64,000 bases of DNA, taken from the NCBI GenBank assembly GCA_002269645.1, contig NIVC01000618.1, positions 445,711 through 509,710 on the forward strand, given 5' to 3'. The DNA comes from Macrostomum lignano. Lineage: Eukaryota. The position numbers were made by a program, and so were the translations under genes. Shown here piece by piece: positions 46,966 through 58,474 of this stretch (its first letter is position 1; each line of letters starts with the position of its first letter). The notes under the pieces are model-generated. The model searched no databases and was not told the origin of the DNA. It saw only the letters and a list, made by a program, of their open reading frames with translations.

Positions 46966-47816
46966 AGCCAGTGTTTTCATCAAAATCGTGGTGTCTGCAG
47001 TCACAGATAGTAAATTTTAGTGTTGAAGATGTCGAAATTATATTTGAACTGCTCGTGAACATGATTGCAACAATATTTTTTCATTAGACACTTTTTAGAG
47101 AGACAATTAAAAAACTATCCAATAAAATCGCGGCCCATGATCCAGCCGGCGTCCATGTCATCAAGAAGATATCGCGGCAAAATATTTTTGCTGAAAAACA
47201 TTAATCACGCGCTCGTAGCTGCTGACCGCTTAAGACAACTTCAGAATCAGAATCGACCAGAGAGCGACCAAAATGAATCAGACAACTGGTTGGATTATTG
47301 CGAGCTAGTCTTCGCGGAAAAGCCAAGCTTGAACCGAGCCCATTCGAGGCCTGATAGAAATACAAATGCTCGCACTCTGTTCCGAGAGGGTACTGAGGTA
47401 GCAGCTCTGCAGATGTACTCACTCGAGATTTATCTGGCTTCTGCGCCATTCAATGTGTCCCTCAATTCTTGTTCTCAAGCCCTGGAATCATTGTACTGCA
47501 CAAGTGCGGAAAAGGCTGAGCGGTAAGTACATGTATGATCTCTACCAAATCAGCTAGAAAAAATTATATGGCACCCTCAGCAGCTTTGGCACCTTTTCCT
47601 TGAGGGTCATGTTAACGAGGTTTACAGTGGCCGAATCGTGGACTAGGGAACAGATTGCCATTGCACTGCCTCAAGTTCCAGTACTAGCAGCAATGCATTA
47701 AACTGATGGGCACCTAGGCTCTCTCAGACAATGCTACACATCACTTGAGGGAAGGCTGCTTTGGAGGTATTTTAATGTTCTGAAACAATCATAAATAGCT
47801 ATTTGATGAGCCCTCC

Positions 47817-50800
47817 TGGTTGCTAGAATAACTCGAGATGAAAGACAAACTATATGCTGCGCTATTGAAACGATGAAAAACGAAAAGGGGCTCTTGAGCG
47901 AGATGCTCTGGGTCGATATATTTAATGAGCTGAGTGAAAGCGTACAATACACGTGAGCGTAATGTGGGGTGGGGCGATCAGTGAAGAATGAAAGTGGTGC
48001 GATCAATAATTAGGGACTGTACGTATGAGCAAAATAAATATGTTAGCCTAATTGAACGTACATGTAGCTATTGCAAACGAAAAGTTTAAGAAATACCACG
48101 AGACAGTGGCAGCTCCAGAACATACCCCCCACCTTGACATGTCTATGGCAAAAACAAAATAATGATGCAAAAATGTAATTTTGAAAATGAGTGGCAGTGG
48201 AAGCAAAACCTATGAGATAAAGATGCAGAAAAGTTATAACGCAGAACTTACGCAATTCGTACTTGTACAAAACTTGACTAAACAAAATTGTCTTGGTGGG
48301 CTCTGTTACAGTAACGAAAAATGTAGAAAAAAAAGAAACGCGCTTGAGTTCGAAAACATAAACTGCAGTTGTAGCATTTCACGAAAAAAGATTTTAAGAC
48401 GATCAACCCATTACCAGAGAGTGATGTGATTACAAGACAAAGGACAACGTGAAATCGCGATGCAACATGGTTAAATTTGGATTACGATATAAATAATAAT
48501 CGATTCAAAAAATTAACAACCTAAATTACGAAGGCAAACACCAAACTCAAAATTTAAACATGACTGAAATAAACGTATTTGACAAACAAACAAAATAAAA
48601 CTAAGTAATCATTCGCATACCGAAAAAAACACTGTCTAGAAAGCGACAAAAATGATAATGACAAAATGACGAAAACGAAAATACGAATCGACACAGGGAT
48701 TAACAGTTACAGTCCATCGATCAGTGAGTCATAGTCAGCCTTCAATCAGTAATCAATGGGCACAGTCTGTTGATTGGCCGCGTCAGAACCTTGTCCGCCA
48801 GCTGCACTTTTACTACTCGAACATGGCCGTCTCGACCCGGGTACACCTCCAGGACTCGAGCCAGTGGCCAATGACCCCGAGGGCTGTCCGGACAGACATA
48901 CAGCACGACGTCCCCAGGCTTGAGGTCGGGCTGCTCTCGCCGCCATTTGGTTCTCGCACCGAGGCCGGGCAGCCACTCTCGAAGCCATCGCCGCCAAAAC
49001 GACTGCACCAGCCGCTGCACGTAGCGCCACCGCTTGGTTGGGTTGAACACCTCGTCAGCCGAGATCTCCGGTGCCAGCTGTCCGCCAACGTGCCCGTACA
49101 GGAAGTGCGCTGGCGTCAGGACCGGATCGTCACCAGGATGGGACGACTGGTAGGTCAAAGGCCGTGAGTTCAGCAGCAACTCTGCTCCGGTAAATGCTGT
49201 TACAAGCTGCTCATCGCTGACTTCTGCCGATCTCAGGATCGCGTTTATCGCTCTCTTTGCTGATTTTATCATTGACTCATGCACGCCGCCGAAGTGCGGA
49301 GCCGCGGGCGGATTAAAGTGCCACTTGATCGGTACGTGAGATGTGCGTGACTGCAATGCGTTCTTGTCCATCGACTTGCACAGCTCCTTTAGTTCTCTAT
49401 CCGCACCAACAAAATTAGTTCCATTGTCTGAGAAGATTTCCAGAACTTGACCTCGGCGATTGATCATGCGAAACAACGCGTTTAGGAAGCTGCTTGCATC
49501 AAGGCCGTACGCCATTTCTAAATGAACTGCACGCGTTGCCATACAAGTGAAGAGCGCAAAGTACCGCTTCTGACGCACACGTCCCCGACCCTGTTTCGTC
49601 AGGAATGGACCTCCGAAATCTATTGATACTTTCGTAAATGCTCTCAACGGTTCTAGCCGACTGGGAGGCAGTGGTGCCATCAACTGCGAAGCTGGCTGTG
49701 CCTTTCTTCTCCTGCACTCAGCACACTTGACTTCCCAAGCTCGGATGGCCTCTCGGGCAGCTGGGATCCAAAATCGAGCAGTCACTGCAGCAAGTACTTG
49801 ATTGGTGCCCGCGTGATACGCTTTTTCGTGATGGTGCTTGATTATCAATTCTGTCACGTGATGGCACTTTGGCAAGATGATTGGTGATCTGATACTAACC
49901 GGCAATGCTTCGGCCAACTGTAGACGACTCTCTGAGCGAAGAACGTCGCTAGGATCGAGTCTGGGATGCATTCTAGCCAGCTTGCTGCTCTCAGAAACGC
50001 TATTGTTCTTCCTCAAGGCGGAAAGCTCCGTGCTGAATGCATCTTGCTGCACATCCTTGATGATTCTTAACTCCGCGTCTTCTAGCTCCGACGCCTGCAG
50101 CTCTCCTCGAGTTCGGTACTGTGGTTCGAAGCGACAATTGTTGGAAAATCTGCTAATCCAGGCATTTACCCTCAGGAATTTCATCCAGCTGGAGAACTTG
50201 CTCGGATCAAGCCGCTCTACTTGATGCTTTCTTTGCTCGCTGGTGACCATTGTTGCAGACATGACCGTTTCGGACGGGACTGAATCTTTCGCCGAACCTT
50301 TCGTCTCCAGGTCTGCTGGTCGCTCCAACCTGGTACTTGGCCACTTGTAATCGTCATGATGTAAAAACTCTGGACCGTTTTTCCATTTCTGATCCTCGGC
50401 CAGCTGAGTTATCGTTGCGCCTCTTGACAGCAGATCGGCAGGATTGCACGCCGTTGGCACGTGTCTCCACTGGTTCGGATCAGTTGCCTGCTGGATTTCT
50501 CCGATGCGATTCGCAACGAACGGTTTAAAGAAGCGTCCTCTTCCACGAATCCAAAACAGAACGTTCATGCTGTCCGACCAGAATACCGCATCTTTGATGT
50601 TCATCTCTAGTGCCTTGGCAATCTTGACCGCTAGATTCAGCCCAATGACCGCTGCCATCAGCTCCAGCCTCGGAATGCTCATAGTTGCTATGGGTGCAAC
50701 TCGAGACTTGGCAGCGATGAGCCGAACGGATATCGAGGCGTCGGTGTACTTGCATCGTAGATAACACACTGCTCCGTAGGCCTTCTCCGAAGCATCGACA

Positions 50801-53800
50801 AAGCAGTGAAGCTGAGACTGCGTAGGTACGCAAGAGAACTGCAGACAGCGATAAACTCGAAAGCAGTTCAGCTTCGTCAGGTCAGCACACCATGCTTGAA
50901 TCCTCCTTTGCAGAGCCTCGTCCGGCGCTTCATCCCAATCAAGGCCGCTGCACCAGAGCTCCTGCAGTAGTATCTTTGCCTGCGCGGTGAAAGGTGCTAT
51001 CAATCCGAGAGGATCGTACATTGAAGCCAATCTCTTTAGCAGAATCCTCTTTGACTTGACTGGTCTCAGCTCGCTATCAGCAACAAAGGTGAATTCATCG
51101 TCCTCACTTTTCCAGACTACTCCAAGCGTCTTCGAAACTGGCAACGGCTGACCATCCAGGCTCACCTCCGCGACTCTATCCTCTGGTGCTACACACGCAA
51201 GCAATGCTCTCGAGTTTGAAATCCACTTCCTAGCGTGCATACCAGCTCGCTCCCACAATTGGCTCAGCTCCTGATACAACTGAATAGCCTCTGAATCAGT
51301 CTTCTTCGAATCCAGGCAGTCATCCATGTAAGTTGACTGGAGCACTGTTTCTGCGGCCGATGGAAACTCCTGCTTCAGCTTCTTTGCGTGCTCCTGAGTC
51401 ACGAATTGCGCCAGAAATGGTGAGCTCGTTGCTCCAAAAACCACTCGGTTGAACTCGAATGTCTGTGGTACCTTTGTCGGATCCATGTCCCGCCACAGAA
51501 AGCTGTGCGCTGCCCGATCTTCTGGTGCGATCGCGATTTGCAAGTACATTTCAGAAATGTCGCAAGCAACCGCCACTGGATGCCTCCTGAAGCGCAGGAG
51601 CACATCAACCAGATCTTTCTGAAGCTTCGGTCCTGCCAGCATCAGGCTATTCAACGACTCCTCACCGCCAGCTGAAGCATCAAAGACGATGCGCACTTTG
51701 GTAGTTGCCTTATCCATTCGAACCACTGGGAAATGAGGAAGGTGATACCTGTTCGCTGGTTGTTGCTCATGCTCCAGTACTCTTCTGATGTAGCCAACAT
51801 TTTCGTAGCGACTGATGACGTCCTGATACTGCTTTGCTAGATCCGGATCTTTGCGGAGCCTCTTCTCGGTATTTGCAAGCCGCCTGATAGCCATTTCAAA
51901 GTTGCTATCATTAAACGTGACATCCGGTTTCCACGGAATGCCAACTTGGTATCGCCCATCGAAGAACTTTAGCGATGATCGAGTTCTTTCCAAAGCGAGC
52001 TGCTCTGCATTAGTAAATGAAGATGGTTCGATGCTTCTCACCTCTTCTACTTCCCAAAACTGGCGTAACAGTGGCGCTAGATTCTCAGACCCGCCTCGGC
52101 TGAAGAACGTGTTTGCAAACAACGCGTGCTCCGAAGCTCCATCAACTCTACCGATACAAGTCCAACCTAAAGGTGTCAGCCGCGCTTGCGGATCTCCGGG
52201 GTCGCCGGTCACTTCCAACTGTGATGCATGCAAGTCTGGGTGATCGACTCCGATCAGCAAGTCAACCTCCGCTGGCGTTTGCATTCTTGGAAACGGAATG
52301 TTTGCTAAGTGCGACCATTTCGACGCCAATTCTTGCCAATCTACTACTTCCATGTTCCCTGTCACTCTATCTACCGTCAGCGCAGTAATCTCCTTGCTTA
52401 TTTGGCCGTCAGTACTCTCCAAGGTGCATGACACTGGTGCTGTTATGAAGGTTTCCACCTGTCCGTTCAACACGTTTACCTGCATTGATTCCTGTTTTCC
52501 GTGCAGGCCAAGCTTGGATGCTATCGCCGTATTCAAATAGGTCTTTGTGCTGGCGTCATCAAGTAAGGCATTGACCTTCACCGCTCGCCTATTCGCCTTA
52601 AGAATGACCGGAACCGTTCGAAGTGAAACCGCACTGGCTTCTCTAGCGACCATTGTCACGGTTGCAGCTTTCGGCTTCGACTGCATTTCTTGCTCAGCAC
52701 CGACTTTGACTTCTGACTTCTCTTTCGATTCCGACCTTGCTGTCGAATGCAGCAGACGATGGTGGGATTTGGTGCATCCATCAACGCCGCACTTTCGACC
52801 TCGTCGGCAGTTCATACCGTTGTGACCATGGCCAAGACAGCGGAAACAGGCTTTGGCTTCCTGAGCAGCCTTCCATCTGTTCTCAGACGACAGTTTCCCG
52901 AATGCGGGACACTTCCATAGATCGTGCGCCTCCTTGCAGACTACACAGGAGTAGCTCCCCTTGCTTGAGCTCTTGCTTAGCTGTGCTACATGGAAGGCCT
53001 TCTGCTTGCTGTCCTTTCTTGGTTGCTCCTGACTCGATGCGGCCACCCCGTACACAATTTCTGCTGCCTCAGTCCGGAACTCTGCCTCACGCAAAACCCA
53101 CTCTCGAAGGGTCCTAACGCCTTCTGCTTTCGCCTTCTCGAAGATCCATCGTCGAAATGCTGCGACCATCGGCTCTGGTAACTTTTTTTGCAATCTAGCA
53201 TAAAGCAGTCCATCACTAAGTTCGGAGTTCTTACCAGCTTCTTCCAAATTAATTACAGCCACATCGAGGATGTTCGCGAATTTCTTCAGCTCCTCGGCAC
53301 TATTCTGCTTCACGGGTGGAAAACTATCTAGCTCTTCCAAGTAGTGCGCCAACTGTCGTCGCTTGCCGCCGTACTCACGCTCCAATCTCTCCTTGGCCGC
53401 CTGATAGGCAGCAGCCGAATGACCCAAGTGCTCTATTACCTTCAGCGCTGATCCACGCAAATACTGACGCAACTGCAGCAGTTTGAACTCTGGTGTTGCT
53501 GGAGCCCTATCGATGCAAGCCATGAAGGCAGCCTTCCACGCTTCATACTGTTGCTTGTCGCCATAGAATGTTGGAATCTCCACTCTGCGCAACATCTTCC
53601 AGAGATCCTTCGACAGCTCTTGCTCCGAAGAGTTGCCGAGCCTGCATTCGTCTACTGATTCAGAAGAGCTTGTTCGATCCTCCGCTCTCATCTCGAAACC
53701 CGCATGCTGATTTGAAGAAGGCAGGTAGCCAAACTCACCTAGGTCTCTGTAGGGCCTCTGCTGTCTCTGTCCTCGCATGAAGTCCGGCTCTGCAACACTG

Positions 53801-54646
53801 AATCCGATTTGCCGATCTAGATTGACTGCACCCAGCGATTGGGCTGTCGCTGCCGCCGACTCTGCCGCCGGCTCTGCTGCCGACGCTGCCGCTGTCTCCT
53901 GAGGAACTTGTGCCGCTGCAGATGGTGACTGCTGAGTTGCTAGGAAACGCTGGACCTCTCGCATGCTGACGCGGTAGTCCTCCTCGACGGTTTCTATTTC
54001 ATCGAGCAGCCGAGAGTGCTGTGCTGCGTCGCTGTTGTTTCGTTGCAACTCGTCGCTCAACTCATACAGCGCCTCGATTGTTCCCTCGAAGATCTCGGTT
54101 ACGGCTTCGCATTGGTGCTGAATTTCGCTCTTGTCAGAACCGTCTTGTAATAGCCAGGCCAGTTTATTTCGATTCTTGGTCAGCGCAGACTTGAACTTGG
54201 TCTTTTGTCGCCTCAGAGCATTCAGCGAAGCAACATCGGGCTCTGGCGCTTGCTTCTGTTTTTCGTCGTCGCTCATACTGATCTAACAGACTATTGGACA
54301 CGATGTACTGTGGCTTGAGTAACCACGCTCTGCTACCAAATGGTTGCTAGAATAACTCGAGATGAAAGACAAACTATATGCTGCGCTATTGAAACGATGA
54401 AAAACGAAAAGGGGCTCTTGAGCGAGATGCTCTGGGTCGATATATTTAATGAGCTGAGTGAAAGCGTACAATACACGTGAGCGTAATGTGGGGTGGGGCG
54501 ATCAGTGAAGAATGAAAGTGGTGCGATCAATAATTAGGGACTGTACGTATGAGCAAAATAAATATGTTAGCCTAATTGAACGTACATGTAGCTATTGCAA
54601 ACGAAAAGTTTAAGAAATACCACGAGACAGTGGCAGCTCCAGAACA
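47817..54646 (-). mobile_element. Full-length BEL/Pao LTR retrotransposon
   Basis: 306-bp LTRs 47817-48122 and 54341-54646 (TG...CA, identical by eye); TSD CCTCC; PBS TGGTAGCAGAGCGTGGTT (tRNAi-Met-like) at 54321-54338; PPT next to 48122. Confidence 0.97.
48742..54276 (-). CDS. BEL/Pao gag-pol polyprotein, 1844 aa, uninterrupted
   Basis: IPTFYGD gag motif; three Cys/His knuckles; ALLDDAS protease; YMDD RT; HCFVDASEKAYGA RNase H; IDFGGP, SDNGTNF, HFGGVHESMIK integrase. Confidence 0.97.
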   Translation of the reverse strand: MSDDEKQKQAPEPDVASLNALRRQKTKFKSALTKNRNKLAWLLQDGSDKSEIQHQCEAVTEIFEGTIEALYELSDELQRNNSDAAQHSRLLDEIETVEEDYRVSMREVQRFLATQQSPSAAAQVPQETAAASAAEPAAESAAATAQSLGAVNLDRQIGFSVAEPDFMRGQRQQRPYRDLGEFGYLPSSNQHAGFEMRAEDRTSSSESVDECRLGNSSEQELSKDLWKMLRRVEIPTFYGDKQQYEAWKAAFMACIDRAPATPEFKLLQLRQYLRGSALKVIEHLGHSAAAYQAAKERLEREYGGKRRQLAHYLEELDSFPPVKQNSAEELKKFANILDVAVINLEEAGKNSELSDGLLYARLQKKLPEPMVAAFRRWIFEKAKAEGVRTLREWVLREAEFRTEAAEIVYGVAASSQEQPRKDSKQKAFHVAQLSKSSSKGSYSCVVCKEAHDLWKCPAFGKLSSENRWKAAQEAKACFRCLGHGHNGMNCRRGRKCGVDGCTKSHHRLLHSTARSESKEKSEVKVGAEQEMQSKPKAATVTMVAREASAVSLRTVPVILKANRRAVKVNALLDDASTKTYLNTAIASKLGLHGKQESMQVNVLNGQVETFITAPVSCTLESTDGQISKEITALTVDRVTGNMEVVDWQELASKWSHLANIPFPRMQTPAEVDLLIGVDHPDLHASQLEVTGDPGDPQARLTPLGWTCIGRVDGASEHALFANTFFSRGGSENLAPLLRQFWEVEEVRSIEPSSFTNAEQLALERTRSSLKFFDGRYQVGIPWKPDVTFNDSNFEMAIRRLANTEKRLRKDPDLAKQYQDVISRYENVGYIRRVLEHEQQPANRYHLPHFPVVRMDKATTKVRIVFDASAGGEESLNSLMLAGPKLQKDLVDVLLRFRRHPVAVACDISEMYLQIAIAPEDRAAHSFLWRDMDPTKVPQTFEFNRVVFGATSSPFLAQFVTQEHAKKLKQEFPSAAETVLQSTYMDDCLDSKKTDSEAIQLYQELSQLWERAGMHARKWISNSRALLACVAPEDRVAEVSLDGQPLPVSKTLGVVWKSEDDEFTFVADSELRPVKSKRILLKRLASMYDPLGLIAPFTAQAKILLQELWCSGLDWDEAPDEALQRRIQAWCADLTKLNCFRVYRCLQFSCVPTQSQLHCFVDASEKAYGAVCYLRCKYTDASISVRLIAAKSRVAPIATMSIPRLELMAAVIGLNLAVKIAKALEMNIKDAVFWSDSMNVLFWIRGRGRFFKPFVANRIGEIQQATDPNQWRHVPTACNPADLLSRGATITQLAEDQKWKNGPEFLHHDDYKWPSTRLERPADLETKGSAKDSVPSETVMSATMVTSEQRKHQVERLDPSKFSSWMKFLRVNAWISRFSNNCRFEPQYRTRGELQASELEDAELRIIKDVQQDAFSTELSALRKNNSVSESSKLARMHPRLDPSDVLRSESRLQLAEALPVSIRSPIILPKCHHVTELIIKHHHEKAYHAGTNQVLAAVTARFWIPAAREAIRAWEVKCAECRRRKAQPASQLMAPLPPSRLEPLRAFTKVSIDFGGPFLTKQGRGRVRQKRYFALFTCMATRAVHLEMAYGLDASSFLNALFRMINRRGQVLEIFSDNGTNFVGADRELKELCKSMDKNALQSRTSHVPIKWHFNPPAAPHFGGVHESMIKSAKRAINAILRSAEVSDEQLVTAFTGAELLLNSRPLTYQSSHPGDDPVLTPAHFLYGHVGGQLAPEISADEVFNPTKRWRYVQRLVQSFWRRWLREWLPGLGARTKWRREQPDLKPGDVVLYVCPDSPRGHWPLARVLEVYPGRDGHVRVVKVQLADKVLTRPINRLCPLITD

Positions 54647-54963
54647 CCTCCTAATCGTAAGTTCAACTGTGTTAATTCAGGAAAGCATTCCTCAAGCATG
54701 GGCTCGAATCGCCATTCTATCTATACACTTTCCTGAGCCGAGGAATTACTCGTACCTCTGCTGCAAGCGGCTGTCAATTAACTTTACAGTGCAGCTGGCC
54801 AAGAGTAAAATAGAAAGCGGCAAGTCGAATACACTTGCATAGAAAGAGTTCCTGTGAGTTACCTGCTTGATTGACGGCTTTCATCAAACAAATATATTCT
54901 GCGAGATATGCGAGCTCTGCTCACGTGAAAGCCTATAACTCAAACATCATCGCAGCTGCCAGA

Positions 54964-54996
54964 CCGGAAACACGTGCCAATCCGATGCGCATAAAT
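54964..54996 (+). promoter_or_regulatory. Conserved promoter core of peptide gene B
   Basis: Exact 33-bp match to the gene A core. Confidence 0.75.
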
Positions 54997-55087
54997 ACAT
55001 ACCTCTCAACTGCTCAAGAACTCAACTTCAAACTCGACTCAATCTACACACAGCTCGAAGACTCGACTCGACTCGACTCAAACAATC

Positions 55088-55306
55088 ATGAAGTGGCAAC
55101 TCGCTCTCGGACTTTTGCTGTGCGCAGCCCTGGCCGTCGCCGAGCCCTCACGAGAGGAGAAGGCTGAGGCCATGGCCGCTCTGGAGGCTCTGTCCAACGT
55201 TGACGAGTCCAGCATGTCGGAGGAGGCCGTGGACACCGCCAAGAAGTGGCTCAGAGTTAGGGCCAGGGTTAGGGTCGGATCCAGGAGGAGGTCTAGGTCC
55301 GGTTAG
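55088..55306 (+). CDS. Secreted peptide precursor B (signal + acidic pro + KKWLRVRARVRVGSRRRSRS-G)
   Basis: 18-aa signal identical to A and C; diverged acidic pro-piece; extended Arg-rich C-terminus ending Gly-stop. Confidence 0.88.
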   Translation: MKWQLALGLLLCAALAVAEPSREEKAEAMAALEALSNVDESSMSEEAVDTAKKWLRVRARVRVGSRRRSRSG

Positions 55307-55673
55307 ATGCGCCTTGCACTGCATCTGAGACCGACGTCATTTGGCTGGCATTGACAACTCAGCTGATTTGACTCTGAACTTTGTCTCGCGACCGCAAAGT
55401 TCTCAAATTTTGAAACCTACCCAGCTCCTATTCACTGATAAAGTTTACCAAATATAACGACAGTAAAAGCTGAAGTGCTACGCAAAAGTAACTGCATTGA
55501 CTTTTCGATCTTTTTTAACTTTTCCAAGGCGCAACTAGTAATTATATGCACGGGAACTGCTGTTGGATACGAATTGTACCATGACCTTTGTGCCCGCTGG
55601 GCACTTATTCTTGCCTTTTAATCCCATAGACTACATTTAAGCCCGCTTGCAGGAGTCAAACTTACTTTAATGC

Positions 55674-55886
55674 AAATTAGCGGGCAGTTAATGTCATTAA
55701 CTGCCCGCTAATTTTGTCCCACTTTGTCAAGGACACAAATGTCTATGGCACAATAATAGTAATACCCATGCTTTAGGGGCGTTAATGAGAAATCCTCGGG
55801 AGCCTAACGGCGCCCTCTGATTTTCCCATTAACGCCCTTAAAGCATGGGTACTAATGTACATGTACTATTAGCGGGCAGTTAATGA
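55674..55886. repeat. Nested inverted repeats (probable MITE-type remnant)
   Basis: Perfect 20-bp hairpin 55674-55714; ~35-bp imperfect IR 55757-55855; third copy of ATTAGCGGGCAGTTAATG at ~55868. Confidence 0.75.
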
Positions 55887-56199
55887 TATATTCTTCTGCA
55901 CTATTTTTGAGTGTTTTTTGAGTATTTTTTGAGTATTTGAGTATTTTTGAGTATTTTTGAGCTCGTGACTGCAATAGACAAAGTATTTTTCGTCTCGTTT
56001 TCGTTTTCGTTCTCCTCTGAAAGGTATGTTCCAGAATAGTACGAGCTCGCAGCAAAATATGCTTTCAGCCAATAGGAAGGAACGGGGGGGAAGGGATGTT
56101 AAAAGCGAAAATCGAGCGAGATAAAAATAACTGGCTCAGATTAGCACTCCATTCTATTCTTTCCTCTTTCCTCTTTCCTAGGCAAGCCTAGCGCAAACC

Positions 56200-56292
56200 G
56201 CAGCCGATACTCTTAGACAGCAAGCCAACTCTTCTCACGTGCAAGCCTTTAACTCCTCGGACCGGAAGACTTGCCATCCGATACGCATAATT
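56200..56292 (+). promoter_or_regulatory. Second orphan, more degraded copy of the peptide-gene promoter
   Basis: GACAGCAAGCCA...CTCACGTG...CTCGGACCGGAAGACTTGCCATCCGATACGCATAA. Confidence 0.55.
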
Positions 56293-57559
56293 TTTTGGGG
56301 TTTTAAGTGTCCAATTAGGGTTTTAACTACATATGTAGATGATTGCAAAAATATTACGTCTGTCATTAGCTATTTTCTAAATGTTTTCGAAAAAACTACT
56401 TCGAACGTTGGGGACAAATGGAAAGTGGATAATGGCTAATTATTGACAATCTACTTCAGTATTGTCAAATTTTGCATGTATATTTCATGTCCAATGATGC
56501 AGGCAAAATAAGCCTTCAGCCTTAGCCTTTAGCCTTCATTGGTGGCTCATCAAATGAGCGTAGACTCGCAGATGAAGACTGTGAGATGATGAGGGACGGA
56601 GAGGAAGAAATGCGACGCAGAGAGGTAGAGGCAGTGGTAGGGAGTTTGGTAATGAGTTTCTGAATCAGAAGTGATCTCACTCGATCAATGTATCGAGGAG
56701 GTGTCAAGGCTTAATGGGAAAGGGGTTTCGAAGGAGCCCTAGAGTAAATCGGGAGTTGTTGGTTGGACAAGAATCAAAGGGAGAGTAAGTGTTAACGTCA
56801 GCCATGATTTTGATTTCGAAGCTCAAAAGGGATACTGATATCTTAGTCAAGATAGCTAGCTGACTTTCAGGGCAAATTTTTATTTACTTTAAATGATTTT
56901 CGTAAGTAACTAACAATATTGAATGCAGGGACTACTCAAACAGTGTTTTAGCAGTCCCTGAGTGTATGTACGCTTTTCACGTTCTTTGTTGCCTCCTGAA
57001 AGGGGGCGAAGGTGGCTAGTCACAGGCTGCAATTTTAAGTAGAAATGAATTGCACTTGTTTTTGAGCTACAATAAAAACAGAAAAAACAGTCTTACAACG
57101 ACTGGTTGGAGCGTTTTTCACTAAGAAGAGCTGACTAAAGAAGATTACCTTTGGAATTTGGAATAATGTCAGGAAAAGGCGGAATAAAATACAGAAAGAA
57201 ACAACTTTTTAAGCACTGATAAATCATATTCGAATAAATCCAACCCTTAACTATTTGGAAGCCAAAGGCCTGCACTGCAGGCCATACCGAAACGGCCCAG
57301 AAACCCAGAGATTTAAAAATGTCTATAGCATCAAAAACCATCTCCCAATCACTAAAGCAAGTGCCCAGTATGGCCTGCTGTGCAGGCCATGACTGATTTA
57401 AAGACGTCCATTATGCATTTCCATTGTGTTTTCACTCAAATGGGAAATGTTAAAGGGGAAATAAAGCGTGGATGAATTAGCATGGATCTGGACAGAGACC
57501 AGGATTTCCGGGACATTGGCTGCAGCAAAATACTGTCTTCTTAGCTGGAACGTCAGGTT

Positions 57560-57935
57560 TCAAATTCGGAATCGTTTGCTTGGGCGAGTCTGGGCTTCCG
57601 TTGCTGGGAGTCGTCCGTGTATATGTGGTATCCTTCGCCCAGCACTTCGCGACTAAGCTCAGCAACAACTCTCGCTCTCTTCCTCGCCATTTTCTGCACT
57701 CTCCTGCTGGAACTCCCTGACTGCCAACCACATTCGCTCATTGGTCCATGTGACAAGACTGTGGTGAGAAACTCTTCAGTCAGGAAGATTGATAAAAAAC
57801 TCAAAAACCGTCGAATCATTGCTTGATAAAGCGTCTTCCGAATCGGAATCGAGTCCCAGTCTACGCAAGGCGTCACTTTTAGCTGTCCTATTCGGCGGCG
57901 TAGAAGCCATTTGTGGGTAGGAAGGTTTGAACAGG
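57560..57935 (-). mobile_element. Possible piggyBac-type transposase remnant
   Basis: RVVAELSREVLGEGYHIYTD resembles the piggyBac GYHIYTDN motif; short acidic N-terminal-like ORF upstream; no TTAA/TIR ends confirmed. Confidence 0.35.
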
Positions 57936-58474
57936 AGCTAGCTGAAAAACTATGTGATATACTTTACTTCTGGGCTTCTAGGGTGTGCACTCGATTCAGC
58001 AAAAAAGACAAATTTGTCTATGGACTGCTCTGCAGGCGTTTGGGCTTTTAAGCCATCTTACAGAACCAAGCTTGGGCGCGAAGTGGTTTTAAGCACGTAG
58101 TACCGATGAATACCGTCTGGTAAAAGTCACTGATTTCACTAATGGGAAGTCAATAAATAATTGAATGTGGCATTAATCGAACCGATAGACGATGAAAAAT
58201 AACAATTTTCTTTGCAAATGCTTTCCTTTCACGGTCGATAGCTAACAATATTTTGAATTAGTATAAGAAATCGATGAAGTCTGTTTTGTGCTCAGTGATT
58301 ATTTAACTGATTGCGTTTGTCTTATTATTTGGTAAAACTGATCAGCGAACAAGCTTCGTATATTTCACCAATAGTGTTTAGGACTGTGCTGTCATAGTCA
58401 GAGTTCAGAGTCCGGTCAGCTTGTGAGTCGTCAGTGCCAGTTAGCCTTAAACTTCAGTGTGGCGACAGACATAT

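Noticed and set aside
47065-47526. 153-aa ORF between peptide gene A and the BEL element
   Set aside because: No recognisable motif, signal peptide or paralog; non-ATG start.
48724-54080. Plus-strand ORFs overlapping BEL pol, and antisense ORFs over Gypsy pol
   Set aside because: Shadow ORFs of GC-rich coding sequence.
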